DNA from: Candidatus Woesearchaeota archaeon
GTDB taxonomy: Archaea; Nanobdellota; Nanobdellia; Woesearchaeales; DSVV01
DNA length: 64,000 nucleotides
Assembly: GCA_016192995.1 (NCBI GenBank)
Contig: JACPTB010000005.1
Location: 133,503-197,502 of the forward strand
Direction of reading: 5' to 3'
This document shows, one piece after another, positions 9,502 through 19,527 of this stretch. A program made the translations under genes and the position numbers. The notes beneath the pieces are model-generated. The model was given only the letters and a program-made list of their open reading frames with translations. It was not told the origin of the DNA and did no database searches. Every line of letters starts with the position of its first letter. The first letter of the stretch is position 1.

Positions 9502-10521
9502 TTATTTTTTTATGAGCAGCTTTTTACTAAACTTATCAAAATCTGATTCTATCTTTTGTGTTTTATTAAATGATTCGTATTCCTTCAATGCTTTTTTCTC
9601 AGCTTGTTTAAAAGAGATTTTGCCTTTATCTTCAAGAATCCTAAATTCATTAAATTCTAAAAATTTGTTTACACTTTTTGTTAAATCATTCATCTTCATT
9701 TCTACTTTATTTTCAATAATTCTTTCAATATAATCAAAGAAACTTGAGATGGTTCTTTCAAGTTGTTTAATCTCTTTTTCAGATAAGTAATTTTTAGCAA
9801 TAACAACATCAGATCTCAATATTCTCCCTTTAGGTGCTAATTTCCAAGTTGTTAAACCCATGTTTTTCTTTTTGACATCTGCAGTTTCATAGATAATTTC
9901 AGCTGCAGTTTGTCCAGAGATTGCAAAGTGGAATTTATTTTGAACAGTTGCATAAAATTCCCGAGTAATTTCTGATTGTGGATCATAATCAATACTGCAT
10001 TCAGCAAAAATATCTGTAATCTTTTGATAAATTCTTCGTTCACTTGCTCTAATCGAACGAACTCTCTCCAGTAATTCATCAAAATAATCCTTGCCAAAAT
10101 ATTTGCCATTTTTTAATCTTGTATCATCCATAGCAAATCCTTTTATAATATATTCTTTAAGAACATGTGTTGCCCAAATTCTGAAATGCGTTGCCTGTTT
10201 AGAATTTACCCTATATCCTACTGCAATTATTGCATCTAAGTTGTAGAATATCTGTTCTCTTTCAATATCCCTATTTCCTTCTTTTTGAACTATTCGAAAA
10301 TTTCGAATAGTTGGAGTTTCATCTAATTCTTTAGAACTAAATATCTCTTTTAAGTGATAATTAATCGTGTTTGCTTCTACACCAAAAAGTTCAGCCATTC
10401 TCTTTTGTGTAAGCCATATCGTTTCATTATATAAAAATGCCTCTACTTTGACATTACCTTCAGGAGTAGTATAAATTAAAAAATCTGTACTTTTATCTCC
10501 TTGCATCAAATCTTTACTCAT
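9502..10521 (-). CDS. RhuM-family protein
   Basis: ETIWLTQKRMAELF, YNLDAIIAVGYRVNS..AT.FR.WA, IRASERR, VQNK.H motifs. Confidence 0.9.
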   Translation of the reverse strand: MSKDLMQGDKSTDFLIYTTPEGNVKVEAFLYNETIWLTQKRMAELFGVEANTINYHLKEIFSSKELDETPTIRNFRIVQKEGNRDIEREQIFYNLDAIIAVGYRVNSKQATHFRIWATHVLKEYIIKGFAMDDTRLKNGKYFGKDYFDELLERVRSIRASERRIYQKITDIFAECSIDYDPQSEITREFYATVQNKFHFAISGQTAAEIIYETADVKKKNMGLTTWKLAPKGRILRSDVVIAKNYLSEKEIKQLERTISSFFDYIERIIENKVEMKMNDLTKSVNKFLEFNEFRILEDKGKISFKQAEKKALKEYESFNKTQKIESDFDKFSKKLLIKK

Positions 10522-10669
10522 AAGTAAACACCATTGGGATTGTAGATAATAATGGTTTATAAGTTCTATCTTCTTTAAATAGTTTATCATTCTCCCTTAA
10601 GGGAGGAAGAATATTAATATACTGATCTCATGTTCTATAGCTGGTGTTAAGGGGGAATAAGGGATTATT

Positions 10670-11005
10670 ATGGCAGAATATAATGAAGCACAAGTATGGT
10701 CAGCAATTCATGGCGAGAATCACCCGGCTTTAGTCGGAGATGAAAAAACTATTGCTGGTTATATGCCTTTGGTGGAAAGATTATTTCCAGGCATAAATTA
10801 TTTTTCTATAACGGGATTTAACCAAGTTATGAGAGATTATGTTCAACCTGCTTTATCAAAGAAATTTCCAGATTTAGTAAAAAAATCTGCTCAAGAAGTC
10901 AGTAGGGATAGGATTGTTGGCGTAGAAGCACTTTTGCCTTCAAAAGGATATGAACATTTAGACAATCCGCAATGGAAGGAAAGACTTGATGAACTTCTTC
11001 GATAA
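10670..11005 (+). CDS. Hypothetical protein
   Basis: 111-aa ORF with purine-rich upstream region. Confidence 0.6.
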   Translation: MAEYNEAQVWSAIHGENHPALVGDEKTIAGYMPLVERLFPGINYFSITGFNQVMRDYVQPALSKKFPDLVKKSAQEVSRDRIVGVEALLPSKGYEHLDNPQWKERLDELLR

Positions 11006-11100
11006 ATCCAAAAACGAAGTTTTTGCTATCTGTTTTTCTGAAAGAAAAACCTGCGCGCGTCTCTCCTATTGGGTGGGAGAAAAAAATATTATTTCCTATT

Positions 11101-12255
11101 TCTTTGTTTGAACTCTAACTTGTAGGCATTCTCAAAAATTGAAACTATCAACAATTAATAAAGCTGTCTTTAATTTATTTTGGAGCTTCTACTCCTCAAG
11201 CAACATTTATTTTAGAGCAAGAAATCAAAAAAACCATAAAAAATAAATTGCAACATGATGCTAAAGTTGAAGAATACTTCATTCTCCTTTCAACTCCCCC
11301 AGAAATGGATGAAACAATGAAAGAAAGAATTGAGTTCTCACATCTGATGAAACAGGAATGTGTAAGCAATAAAGAACTGGAAAATCATAGTCGAAAATAT
11401 CCTGCTTTATTTTTCAATACTTATTCAAAACAAGAAGTTTTTAACTTTCTGCAAAATAAACTTAGCCAATCTAAAACAAATGAAGAAATAGATCAGGAAA
11501 TAACAAAAATAGAACAAGGCTTGCAAAAAACAAAAAACCTGCATGAACAAATTTATGCTGAACTCCAAAATGCAGATTTGCACTATTACGCAAAAATACT
11601 TCAAAACAATGGTTTATACCGTTATAAGCTAAAGCACGTCTGGAGTGGTGCAGAGTACTTATGTTTGGATTTTATTTTAGAACTATGCAAACGAATTGGA
11701 ATTCATTTTGATGATTTTATTAAAACTTACATGTTTTCCGATATTCATGATTTTCTTTTAGGAAAAAGTGAATTGTCAAAAGCTGAAATAGAATCAAGGA
11801 AAAAATGTTTTGTTATTCACCATAAAAATCAGGCAACAAATATTTATTCTGGCGATGAAGCTATTGCTTATAAAAATAAGTTTATTATTTCAGAAGAAAA
11901 CTATAAGCAGCTATCAAACATAATTAAAGGAATGACTGCAAATAAAGGTAAAATTACCGCTAAAGCACGAGTAGTTCATGTTAAAGATTTGCAGCAATTT
12001 GCTTTAGATTGCCAGCAATTTCAAAAAGGTGAAATTCTGGTAACAACAATGACCTCTCCACTTATGGTACCTATCATTGAAAAAGCATCTGGCATTATTA
12101 CTGATGAAGGAGGCATATGTTCTCATGCAGCAATCATTTCAAGGGAGTTTGGCATTCCGTGCATTGTAGGAACAAATGGAGCATCGTTTAGCATTAAGAC
12201 TGGTGATGTTATTGAGTTGGATGGTGATAATAGTGTTATTAAAAAAATCTTGTAA
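11101..12255 (+). pseudogene. 5'-decayed PEP-utilizer (phosphohistidine swivel domain) protein
   Basis: C-terminal ITDEGGICSHAAIISREFGIPC intact; frame continues upstream of 11248 through in-frame TGA and TAA stops; paralogues at 32.8-37.6 kb are about 500 aa. Confidence 0.7.
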
Positions 12256-12282
12256 ATCATCTTAAAAACACTTAAAATTACC

Positions 12283-12436
12283 GTACGTAATAAGTCCTCC
12301 TTAGGTTTTAGCGCCGGTTCAGCTTTTGAAGTGTTCTTCAATTGGATTTTTCTCTCTGGAACTCCGAAAAATCCCCAATAAAGATATTGAGGAGCTTCAC
12401 AAAAGCAGGTGCTAAAACCCCAGACTTATTACGTAC
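12283..12436. mobile_element. Palindromic MITE-like element, copy A2
   Basis: TIR GTACGTAATAAGTC...GACTTATTACGTAC; perfect 8-bp TSD AAATTACC; core A. Confidence 0.9.
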
Positions 12437-12481
12437 AAATTACCGCAAACTATATAAACAAGTTATACTTGATGTTTAAAC

Positions 12482-12682
12482 ATGGTAGAGCTTGAACTTA
12501 AAGAATGGGGAAATTCAATTGGCGTTATTTTGCCTGCTGAAAAATTGAAAGAATTACATTTATACAAAGGAGATAAAGTAGAGATAACTATTATTCCTAA
12601 AAGAAGAGTAAATGGTTTTGGTATTTGGAAGGGTGCAAAATCATTCCAAAGAGAACATGATGATCATGAGGATTTTTGCTGA
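12482..12682 (+). CDS. AbrB/MazE-type antitoxin
   Basis: KEWGNSIGVILP...LHLYKGDKV motif. Confidence 0.85.
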   Translation: MVELELKEWGNSIGVILPAEKLKELHLYKGDKVEITIIPKRRVNGFGIWKGAKSFQREHDDHEDFC

Positions 12683-13068
12683 TGAGATATGTGGTTGATA
12701 CCTATGCATGGATTGAATATTTTAACGGTTCTTCTAAAGGAAAAATATTCGAAAAAATATTGTTAACTTCAGAAAATGAGTTATTAACGATTCAATGTTC
12801 ATTAGCAGAAATAATAAATTGGGCTTTACGTGAAGAAACTTCTTTTGAAGAAGCTTATAAAGTTATTAGGGCAAATTCAACTATAATTACTCTTAGTGAT
12901 TTTGATTGGATTGATGCTGGTAAAGAGCGCTTTCAACAGAGAAAAACTCAAAAAGATTTTGGTTTAATTGATGCTGTGCTGTTAGTAAAGCAAAAGCAAT
13001 ATAATGCTAAGCTTATTTCAGGCGATAAACATTTTAAAAATTTAAAGAATGTGATTTTTCTTGCATAG
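12682..13068 (+). CDS. PIN-domain toxin
   Basis: VVDTYAWIEY, FGLIDA, SGDKHF; start placed at ATG 12682 overlapping the antitoxin stop. Confidence 0.85.
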   Translation: MRYVVDTYAWIEYFNGSSKGKIFEKILLTSENELLTIQCSLAEIINWALREETSFEEAYKVIRANSTIITLSDFDWIDAGKERFQQRKTQKDFGLIDAVLLVKQKQYNAKLISGDKHFKNLKNVIFLA

Positions 13069-13082
13069 CTTAATTTAGATCA

Positions 13083-13388
13083 TTAAAATCTATATAACTT
13101 CCTTTCAAAATCAATAACTTTTCCTTTTTCAAATAAAATTCCTTCCCCTCTTAGCATCTTTATTTTCTTAGAAGAATTCATCTTTCCGCAATAACCGCCT
13201 AAACTGCCATTAGAACAAACAACTCGGTGGCAGGGAACATTTGGTGCATAAGGATTTCTTTTTAATGCATTACCTACAGCTCTATATACCTGCCCTTTTC
13301 CAAGTTTTCTACCTATCTCTTTATAGGTTGTCACTTTCCCTTTTGGAATTTTCTTGCATAATTCCCAGACTTGTTGATTGAATGACAT
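13083..13388 (-). CDS. MGMT-family methylated-DNA-protein-cysteine methyltransferase (DNA-binding domain only)
   Basis: IPKGKVTTY, RAVGNAL, PCHRVV active-site motif. Confidence 0.9.
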   Translation of the reverse strand: MSFNQQVWELCKKIPKGKVTTYKEIGRKLGKGQVYRAVGNALKRNPYAPNVPCHRVVCSNGSLGGYCGKMNSSKKIKMLRGEGILFEKGKVIDFERKLYRF

Positions 13389-13675
13389 TTTAATGTGATT
13401 AATTAAAAACTATAATCCTTTAAAAATATTTCTTAGTTCAGTATGTGAGGCTCCCCATTTTGCAGGTCTAAAATTTCTTAATTTGTCTAAAAACCTCTTT
13501 TGTAATGCAATTTTATCCATTCATTCATAGTAGTTTCACTCATTAATAAACCTATTGACATTTTTTTCGGAACTTTTTATGTTATCGTCGAAAAGTTTAC
13601 GGAATTAAGTTTAATAATTAAACAGTACTGTTTAAAAAGAAAACATTTAAATATTTGTTTGATTATACGCTTTGT

Positions 13676-14011
13676 ATGGGCGAAACAAATTTCACTTATT
13701 TTTTAGGAAATACCCCTATGGTCAGAATTTTGGATATGCTTTTAATAGGTAAACATCTAGACTACAGCATTTCAGATATTGCAGAACAAGCTGAAGTAAG
13801 TAGAGCTACTTTCTACAAAATGTTAGAAAGACTTCTTAAAGAACAGATTATTATTCCTACTAAAAAATATGGCAACATGCAATTATATCGTATTAATTTA
13901 GATAATCCTTACATTAAAGAATTAGCAAAACTTCAGGATAAATGGGCAAAATTAGGCAGTGAAGAATTGTTAACTAAACAGCAAAAGATTAAATTATCTA
14001 CAGTGATATAA
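13676..14011 (+). CDS. Winged-helix DNA-binding protein
   Basis: YSISDIAEQAEVSRATFY HTH. Confidence 0.75.
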   Translation: MGETNFTYFLGNTPMVRILDMLLIGKHLDYSISDIAEQAEVSRATFYKMLERLLKEQIIIPTKKYGNMQLYRINLDNPYIKELAKLQDKWAKLGSEELLTKQQKIKLSTVI

Positions 14012-14144
14012 TGCTATTTACCTCTTATATGGCCAACTTCAAAACATCTTTTTCTCCCAGAAATTCCAAACATCTTCTTTCATAACAACAAATTCATAAT
14101 TTCTTAGGCAATTTGCAAATTCTAATCTGATTTCATTAATAATT

Positions 14145-14483
14145 TTATACATATATCACTAATTTATTCTTTCCTTCAGGAAGCATCTCAACTTCTTTTC
14201 CTTTTTCTAATTCTAAAAACTCAATAATCTTTTTAGGGAGACGTATGTCAAGCGTTGTCCCAGCTTCACCAATTTTAGTTTTTGCTTTCAAATCCCATAA
14301 TCCTTTCTTTTTAGCAAGTGCTGTCATTTTCTTTGATTCTTCTTCATCATAAAATATTTCTCCACAAGCACTGCAAACTTGTGCATTAAATTTACCTAAA
14401 CTTACTCCGTAGAGTGTATAAGCTACTTTTTTATCATGTAAATTTCCCTTTTCACAAATATAGCATTTTTCGATAGCAATCAC
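14145..14483 (-). CDS. YgiT-type zinc finger fused to AbrB-like domain
   Basis: CYIC...CSACGE plus IRLPKKIIEFL.L.KGKEV. Confidence 0.75.
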   Translation of the reverse strand: MIAIEKCYICEKGNLHDKKVAYTLYGVSLGKFNAQVCSACGEIFYDEEESKKMTALAKKKGLWDLKAKTKIGEAGTTLDIRLPKKIIEFLELEKGKEVEMLPEGKNKLVIYV

Positions 14484-14519
14484 CTATTCAATCATAACAG
14501 TTTTGATAATATGTTAATT

Positions 14520-15617
14520 TTATGATCCACGATATACCCTCTCAGCTAAAACAGCAGCGCCGAGCAGATTTGGATTTATTCCCCTGTTTACAAGGTTTGA
14601 AGGACGAACATAATTAAAATGTCCCATCTCTGTTAATCTTCTTTTAAGAGTTGGTCCATAAAATGGAAGTGAAGCTAATACTCCTCCTGCTAAATAAATA
14701 GGGATGTTATCTTCAGCGCCATCAGCGTGAGCAGCAGTAAGTATTGCATGGGCAGCATCGGCAAAAATCTCTCCAAACAGAGCAAATGTCTTTAATGCTA
14801 TTGAATCATGGGAACATGCTAAATTATAGATAACCCTTCCATCAATAACAATTCCATCTAAAGATAGTTCTAATTTTTGTTTTTCTCTTTTGAGATCTGG
14901 TTTTGCTCTAAAATCTTTAGAACTATAATATATCAGGGGCAATCCAGTGCCAGACACAAGTAATTCTGTTCGTAGAGTTTTTTCATCTTTTGAAGGGCCT
15001 CGTATTTCTTTACCTAATTCAGCAAGTTTTGCTTCTAGTTCATCAAAATCAAAGTTATGCTGTGTAAATCTTTTACGTAATTCATTTTTATAAAGTGGAA
15101 CTGCATAGCCAGGCTCATTGGTAAAATGTAAGCTTTCATCTTTTTTATCCCAATCTATTGTTGGATACATTACTTCTCCATTCTGGTTTAACCATGCACC
15201 ACCAAATCCTCCGCCTAAAACCCAATATAATAGTTCTGTTTGAGCGATAATCCATTCAGCTAGTCCACCACAATCAGCGTCATTCATGATACCACATGGA
15301 ACACAAACTCTTTCTTGAACTACTTCTTTAAGATTCTGTCCATTCATGTAATCCGAATTTGCAGCTATGATGTATGATCCATCTTTTGCTAATATGCCAT
15401 TTGTTGCAATTCCAATAGAAGCAATAGTTCTCCTTTTAGAAAGTGCTTTAATCTTACTAGCTAAGTTATCAGACAATGATTCAAAAGAAGGTTCAAATTC
15501 TTGCTTAATCAGTTCTTGATAATCTATTATTTTTTTTGCATGATCAAATAAAGCTAATTTTGCTCCTGATCCAGCACCCAAGTCAATTGCTACGAAGTAT
15601 TTGTTTTTTCCCCCCAT
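14520..15617 (-). CDS. ROK-family sugar kinase
   Basis: AIDLGAG, SIGIA..G, NDADCGGLAE, LGGGFGG, LAGG, LLGAA; start moved to Met25 of the track ORF. Confidence 0.8.
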   Translation of the reverse strand: MGGKNKYFVAIDLGAGSGAKLALFDHAKKIIDYQELIKQEFEPSFESLSDNLASKIKALSKRRTIASIGIATNGILAKDGSYIIAANSDYMNGQNLKEVVQERVCVPCGIMNDADCGGLAEWIIAQTELLYWVLGGGFGGAWLNQNGEVMYPTIDWDKKDESLHFTNEPGYAVPLYKNELRKRFTQHNFDFDELEAKLAELGKEIRGPSKDEKTLRTELLVSGTGLPLIYYSSKDFRAKPDLKREKQKLELSLDGIVIDGRVIYNLACSHDSIALKTFALFGEIFADAAHAILTAAHADGAEDNIPIYLAGGVLASLPFYGPTLKRRLTEMGHFNYVRPSNLVNRGINPNLLGAAVLAERVYRGS

Positions 15618-15656
15618 TACATGATGGAAAGTTTTGTTTTTTTTAAAGTTTATCTT

Positions 15657-15788
15657 TTGAAACAACCGAGATTCCATCCATTGTTTCAATGGTGGATAGG
15701 ATATCGAGCGTTGTGTTCAAGAACCACACAATGGAAGTCCGTCGGAACTTCGTTCATGCCATCTGGTCTTTGACTGGTGATTCTTGAC
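15657..15788. other. GC-enriched multi-hairpin intergenic element (candidate structured RNA or palindromic element)
   Basis: TTGAAACAAC/GTTGTGTTCAA stem enclosing a CCATCCATT/AATGGTGG hairpin; second stem TCAAGAACCAC/GTGATTCTTGA. Confidence 0.45.
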
Positions 15789-15790
15789 AT

Positions 15791-17110
15791 TCAACGTTTT
15801 AGAAATTGATGCATATATTGTTTCATATCAACTCTTTGACCATTATTTTTGCGTGAGAATTCAGCAGCAAAGGCAAGCATATGGCTTTGCAATGACATTT
15901 CAGCTGTTGTTAGATTTGCATTTGGATTATTATTTCTGACTGCATCTGCAAAAGCCTTTACCAATACTCCATCTGCTCCGCCATGATCTTCCTTAGAACC
16001 ACCCTCCCAGGTAGTTATTTTGTCATACTCTGATCTGTCGTAGTTACCTTTATCTATACTTCCTCCACCGAATTTTGTTACCTCAAAACGTCCCCTGTTG
16101 ACATATCCGTATATTCTTCCCTTGGAGAAAAAAAGTTGAATTTCTCTTGAATGTTGATCCGTGTGGGCAGCTAAATAAAATTGTGCAGTTGCTCCGGAAT
16201 CAAATTGTAACATAACTGTTTGAGAGTCGCATACATCATTATCCATAGTATAAACACATCTTCCATATGGCCCTTCTCGTAAAGCTTTTTGTCTTCCTTC
16301 TATGCTTTTATCAGTGGAAATAACAGAAGGAGGCCAAATGACCTTTGACGAATCTTGCTCCGTTAAATAAAATGCCTTAGCATCATAGGGACAATCAACT
16401 TTACAATCAAGACAGTTTTCCGCTGCTCCTTCTGGCCTATTCTCTGCTTTAAAGTGATGCAGTGCTCCATATGAACTCAGAGATGAAACTTTTCCACCAA
16501 TCAGCCAGCAGAGCATGTCCAAATCATGGCAGCTTTTTGTCAAGATAACAGGTCCACTTGTTTCCTCTTTGTGCCAGTTGCCTCTGACATAACTATGGGC
16601 AAAATGCCAGTATCCAACATGTTCAGTAAGATTAATATGAAGTAGCTTTCCAAGATCACCTCTATCAATGATCTTCTTTATCTCTTTAAAAAATGGTGCA
16701 TATCTTAAGACATGAGCAACAGATAATACTTTTCCTGCTTTCTTTTGTTCATCAACAATAGCACTACAGTCTTGTGGATTATTTGCTATTGGTTTTTCCA
16801 GTAATATATTATAACCTTTCCGTAATAAGCTTATTGTGGTATCATGATGAAATCTATCAGGAGTTGCGTTTATCGCGTTATCGCAGAATCTTGTTGAGTC
16901 TAAAAAATCATCTAAGGTTTTGAATAATCGTTCTGGTGGAATATTGTGTCTCTGTCCCATCTCTTCCAGTTTTGCAGTTTCAGGGTCAACAACACCAACC
17001 ACTTTAATAGGGGATCCTTCTTCACTTGCATAAGCACCATAAGTATCTTTACCTCGGTCTCCTGCACCTATTATAACTACTTCTAACCTATCATTCTTAT
17101 CGTTAGTCAT
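15791..17110 (-). CDS. Gfo/Idh/MocA-family oxidoreductase
   Basis: IIGAGDRG, LLEKP, VAHVLRY, HSYVRGNW, KSCHDLD, HGGAD motifs. Confidence 0.9.
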   Translation of the reverse strand: MTNDKNDRLEVVIIGAGDRGKDTYGAYASEEGSPIKVVGVVDPETAKLEEMGQRHNIPPERLFKTLDDFLDSTRFCDNAINATPDRFHHDTTISLLRKGYNILLEKPIANNPQDCSAIVDEQKKAGKVLSVAHVLRYAPFFKEIKKIIDRGDLGKLLHINLTEHVGYWHFAHSYVRGNWHKEETSGPVILTKSCHDLDMLCWLIGGKVSSLSSYGALHHFKAENRPEGAAENCLDCKVDCPYDAKAFYLTEQDSSKVIWPPSVISTDKSIEGRQKALREGPYGRCVYTMDNDVCDSQTVMLQFDSGATAQFYLAAHTDQHSREIQLFFSKGRIYGYVNRGRFEVTKFGGGSIDKGNYDRSEYDKITTWEGGSKEDHGGADGVLVKAFADAVRNNNPNANLTTAEMSLQSHMLAFAAEFSRKNNGQRVDMKQYMHQFLKR

Positions 17111-17199
17111 GTAGAATAAAAGAATAGAATGTGGTTTATATGTTTTATTATTTAGTAAAAGACAATTAACTTTTTAACTTAATAACTATTCCACTTATC

Positions 17200-18102
17200 A
17201 TGATATTACTTCAAAGAATTAATGATCAATATGAACAAACAGAAACTGCTTGTTTAGATGATTTAGTACTACCCCCTTTAGATCTTCTTGTTACTGGTGC
17301 ACATCAGGATGATGAAGCATTTACCTTTTTTTATCAATTAGAGGGAATTAGGAAAGGTAAAAAAGTTGGTACTGTTATCGCCACAGATGGTGTAGGAATG
17401 AATGTTACTGATAGTGAAGTATCAATGACAAAAGATGAGATCAGAGCAATGAGAAATTCTGAATCAATTAAAGCAGCAAAAGAAGTTGGCATTGATTTTC
17501 TCCTGCTTTTAAATTGCCCAAGTTCTTATCTTAAAAATACAACAACATTTCATGAATTTAAGCGTGCTATGGAAATAGTTTTTAATAAAGTGCAACCAAC
17601 AGAGATTCTCACACATTCTCCTTATGATGATCATTCTACACATCTTTTAGTTGCTGAAGCAGTTGTTACTGCAGCAAAGGCAACAGCATATAAAAATGTA
17701 CGAGGATATCCTGTATGGGGTAGTTTACTTGGTAGAGAATTAGGATTTGAACCGCAAGAGCCATTATACATAACACCAAAGCTTATGCAAAGACAGGTTG
17801 CCATTTTCAGAGCTTGTTATCCATCACAAAACCTAGCAAATGACTATCCAACAGCATTAAAAGCGCGAGGCACTTTCCAAAGGATTATGCTTAATGCACA
17901 TGAAGCAGCGCGAACACGAGGTTATATTGAATTTTTTGTTGATTATACACCTATTACATCAGGTATATTTAAAGCTGATTTTAAACTTTATGCTGCTCTT
18001 CTTGAACGATTATATTGGGTAGATAAACTCAGAGAACAAGAAGGAAAGCATAGATTAACTCGTGAAGAAAAAATTGCTTTGGCAAACTCTTTTTCTCTAT
18101 AA
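17200..18102 (+). CDS. PIG-L/LmbE-family deacetylase
   Basis: AHQDDE, TDG, R..E, TH.P.D.H.TH motifs. Confidence 0.85.
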   Translation: MILLQRINDQYEQTETACLDDLVLPPLDLLVTGAHQDDEAFTFFYQLEGIRKGKKVGTVIATDGVGMNVTDSEVSMTKDEIRAMRNSESIKAAKEVGIDFLLLLNCPSSYLKNTTTFHEFKRAMEIVFNKVQPTEILTHSPYDDHSTHLLVAEAVVTAAKATAYKNVRGYPVWGSLLGRELGFEPQEPLYITPKLMQRQVAIFRACYPSQNLANDYPTALKARGTFQRIMLNAHEAARTRGYIEFFVDYTPITSGIFKADFKLYAALLERLYWVDKLREQEGKHRLTREEKIALANSFSL

Positions 18103-18206
18103 AAAACAATATATCGCTCGGTTAGTTCTCCTCAATAATTTAGAAATGTCTAACAAGTTATAAAAAGATAACTTTTATAAATAAGTATAACCTATCTTAC
18201 TTGTAG

Positions 18207-18458
18207 GTGAAAATCATGGACGTTTGTCTTAAAAATGTAGATGAAGAAGCTTGGCGTAAATTCAAAGCTCATGCTGCAGAAAACGGCATGAAATTAGGTG
18301 ATTATTTTAAAGAAGTTGTGAATAAAGATACCAAGCCTTTGAAAAGTAATTGGCATCAAATCCTTTATGGACCAAAACCCTTAAAAGGACTTTTTACAAG
18401 CGAAGACTATAAAAAAATTAAAAAAGAAGTACGTGAAGGATTTAAATTAAGGTATTAA
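18207..18458 (+). CDS. Putative RHH antitoxin
   Basis: LKNVDEEAWRKFK; directly upstream of a PIN gene; paralogue of 27910. Confidence 0.75.
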   Translation: MKIMDVCLKNVDEEAWRKFKAHAAENGMKLGDYFKEVVNKDTKPLKSNWHQILYGPKPLKGLFTSEDYKKIKKEVREGFKLRY

Positions 18459-18459
18459 T

Positions 18460-18858
18460 ATGAGTCTTATTCTTGATACTAGTATTCTCATTGAACTTGA
18501 GTGCGGGAATCAGAAAATTATTAATCATGTAGCTGCCTTGAAAAAAAATGATAACGACCGATTTTTTATTACTATCTTCACCTATGCAGAATATTATTTT
18601 GGAGTTATGAAACGGAATTATAAACATAGAGCTGAGTGTCTTAATAAATTAGATCAGTATCTTCTGCTAAACACAAGTAAGATGACCGGTATACTTTTTT
18701 GTAAAATTATGTATGATCTTCAAGAAAAAGGAAAGCCTATCCCTCCATTCGATGTTATGATAGCTGCGTTAGCCATAGAATCAGATATGGAATTAGTAAC
18801 CTTAGATAAAGATTTTCAGCAAATAACAAATCTTAAAAAAGTGATTTTAACAGTATAA
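18460..18858 (+). CDS. VapC PIN toxin
   Basis: ILDTSILI, FDVMIAA, TLDKDF. Confidence 0.88.
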   Translation: MSLILDTSILIELECGNQKIINHVAALKKNDNDRFFITIFTYAEYYFGVMKRNYKHRAECLNKLDQYLLLNTSKMTGILFCKIMYDLQEKGKPIPPFDVMIAALAIESDMELVTLDKDFQQITNLKKVILTV

Positions 18859-18906
18859 TGATGGCATAAACGCTTCTTTTTCTATTTTCTTAAATAAGAA
18901 ATAATT

Positions 18907-19506
18907 TTATTTCCCCATAAATTCTCCTTCAAATATGATCTCATTCAAGGGTTTTCTGTCGGATGGTATTTCCCGTTCCTGTATCTCTTTAGGTAAATCT
19001 TCTTTTTTGCCTGGCTTGCCAACAGCAAACATCATTTCTACGTTGTAATCATCAGATAAATCAAACACTTTTTTTGCTTTATCATAATCAAATCCCTGCA
19101 TACCATGGACTACTAAATTCATTAGGCTGCCTTCTAAGGCCAGATTCTCCCACGCAGCGCCAGTATCAAATGAATGAGTAATCGAAGGTTGTCCGTTATG
19201 CTCAAATGTTTTCCTTGAAATAACAACAACTAACACTGCAGCGTTCTTGCACCATTGTTGGTTAAACTCAACAAGTAAATCAAAAAATTTCTGCCAGTAA
19301 TGAGTTCCTTTTTGAGCATAGACAAATCTCCATGGCTGATTATTATATGAGCTTGGCGCCCATCTTGCAGCTTCGAATAATCTCATTAATTCTGCATCAG
19401 TAATATGTTCCCCATTCATAGCTCGCGGTGACCATCTGTTGAGAAATAAAGGATCAACGTGATGCTCTTGTTTACGATGCTGTTTAACTTCAGATTTTAA
19501 TTCCAT
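18907..19506 (-). CDS. Nitroreductase family protein
   Basis: RWSPRA, AARWAPSSYNNQPWRF, FDTGAA motifs. Confidence 0.92.
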   Translation of the reverse strand: MELKSEVKQHRKQEHHVDPLFLNRWSPRAMNGEHITDAELMRLFEAARWAPSSYNNQPWRFVYAQKGTHYWQKFFDLLVEFNQQWCKNAAVLVVVISRKTFEHNGQPSITHSFDTGAAWENLALEGSLMNLVVHGMQGFDYDKAKKVFDLSDDYNVEMMFAVGKPGKKEDLPKEIQEREIPSDRKPLNEIIFEGEFMGK

Positions 19507-19527
19507 AACTATTCACCTAGTTTATTT

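Noticed and set aside
13412-13520. Short minus-strand ORF MDKIALQKRF...KWGASHTELRNIFKGL
   Set aside because: About 36 codons, probably a gene remnant; no family can be assigned from sequence alone
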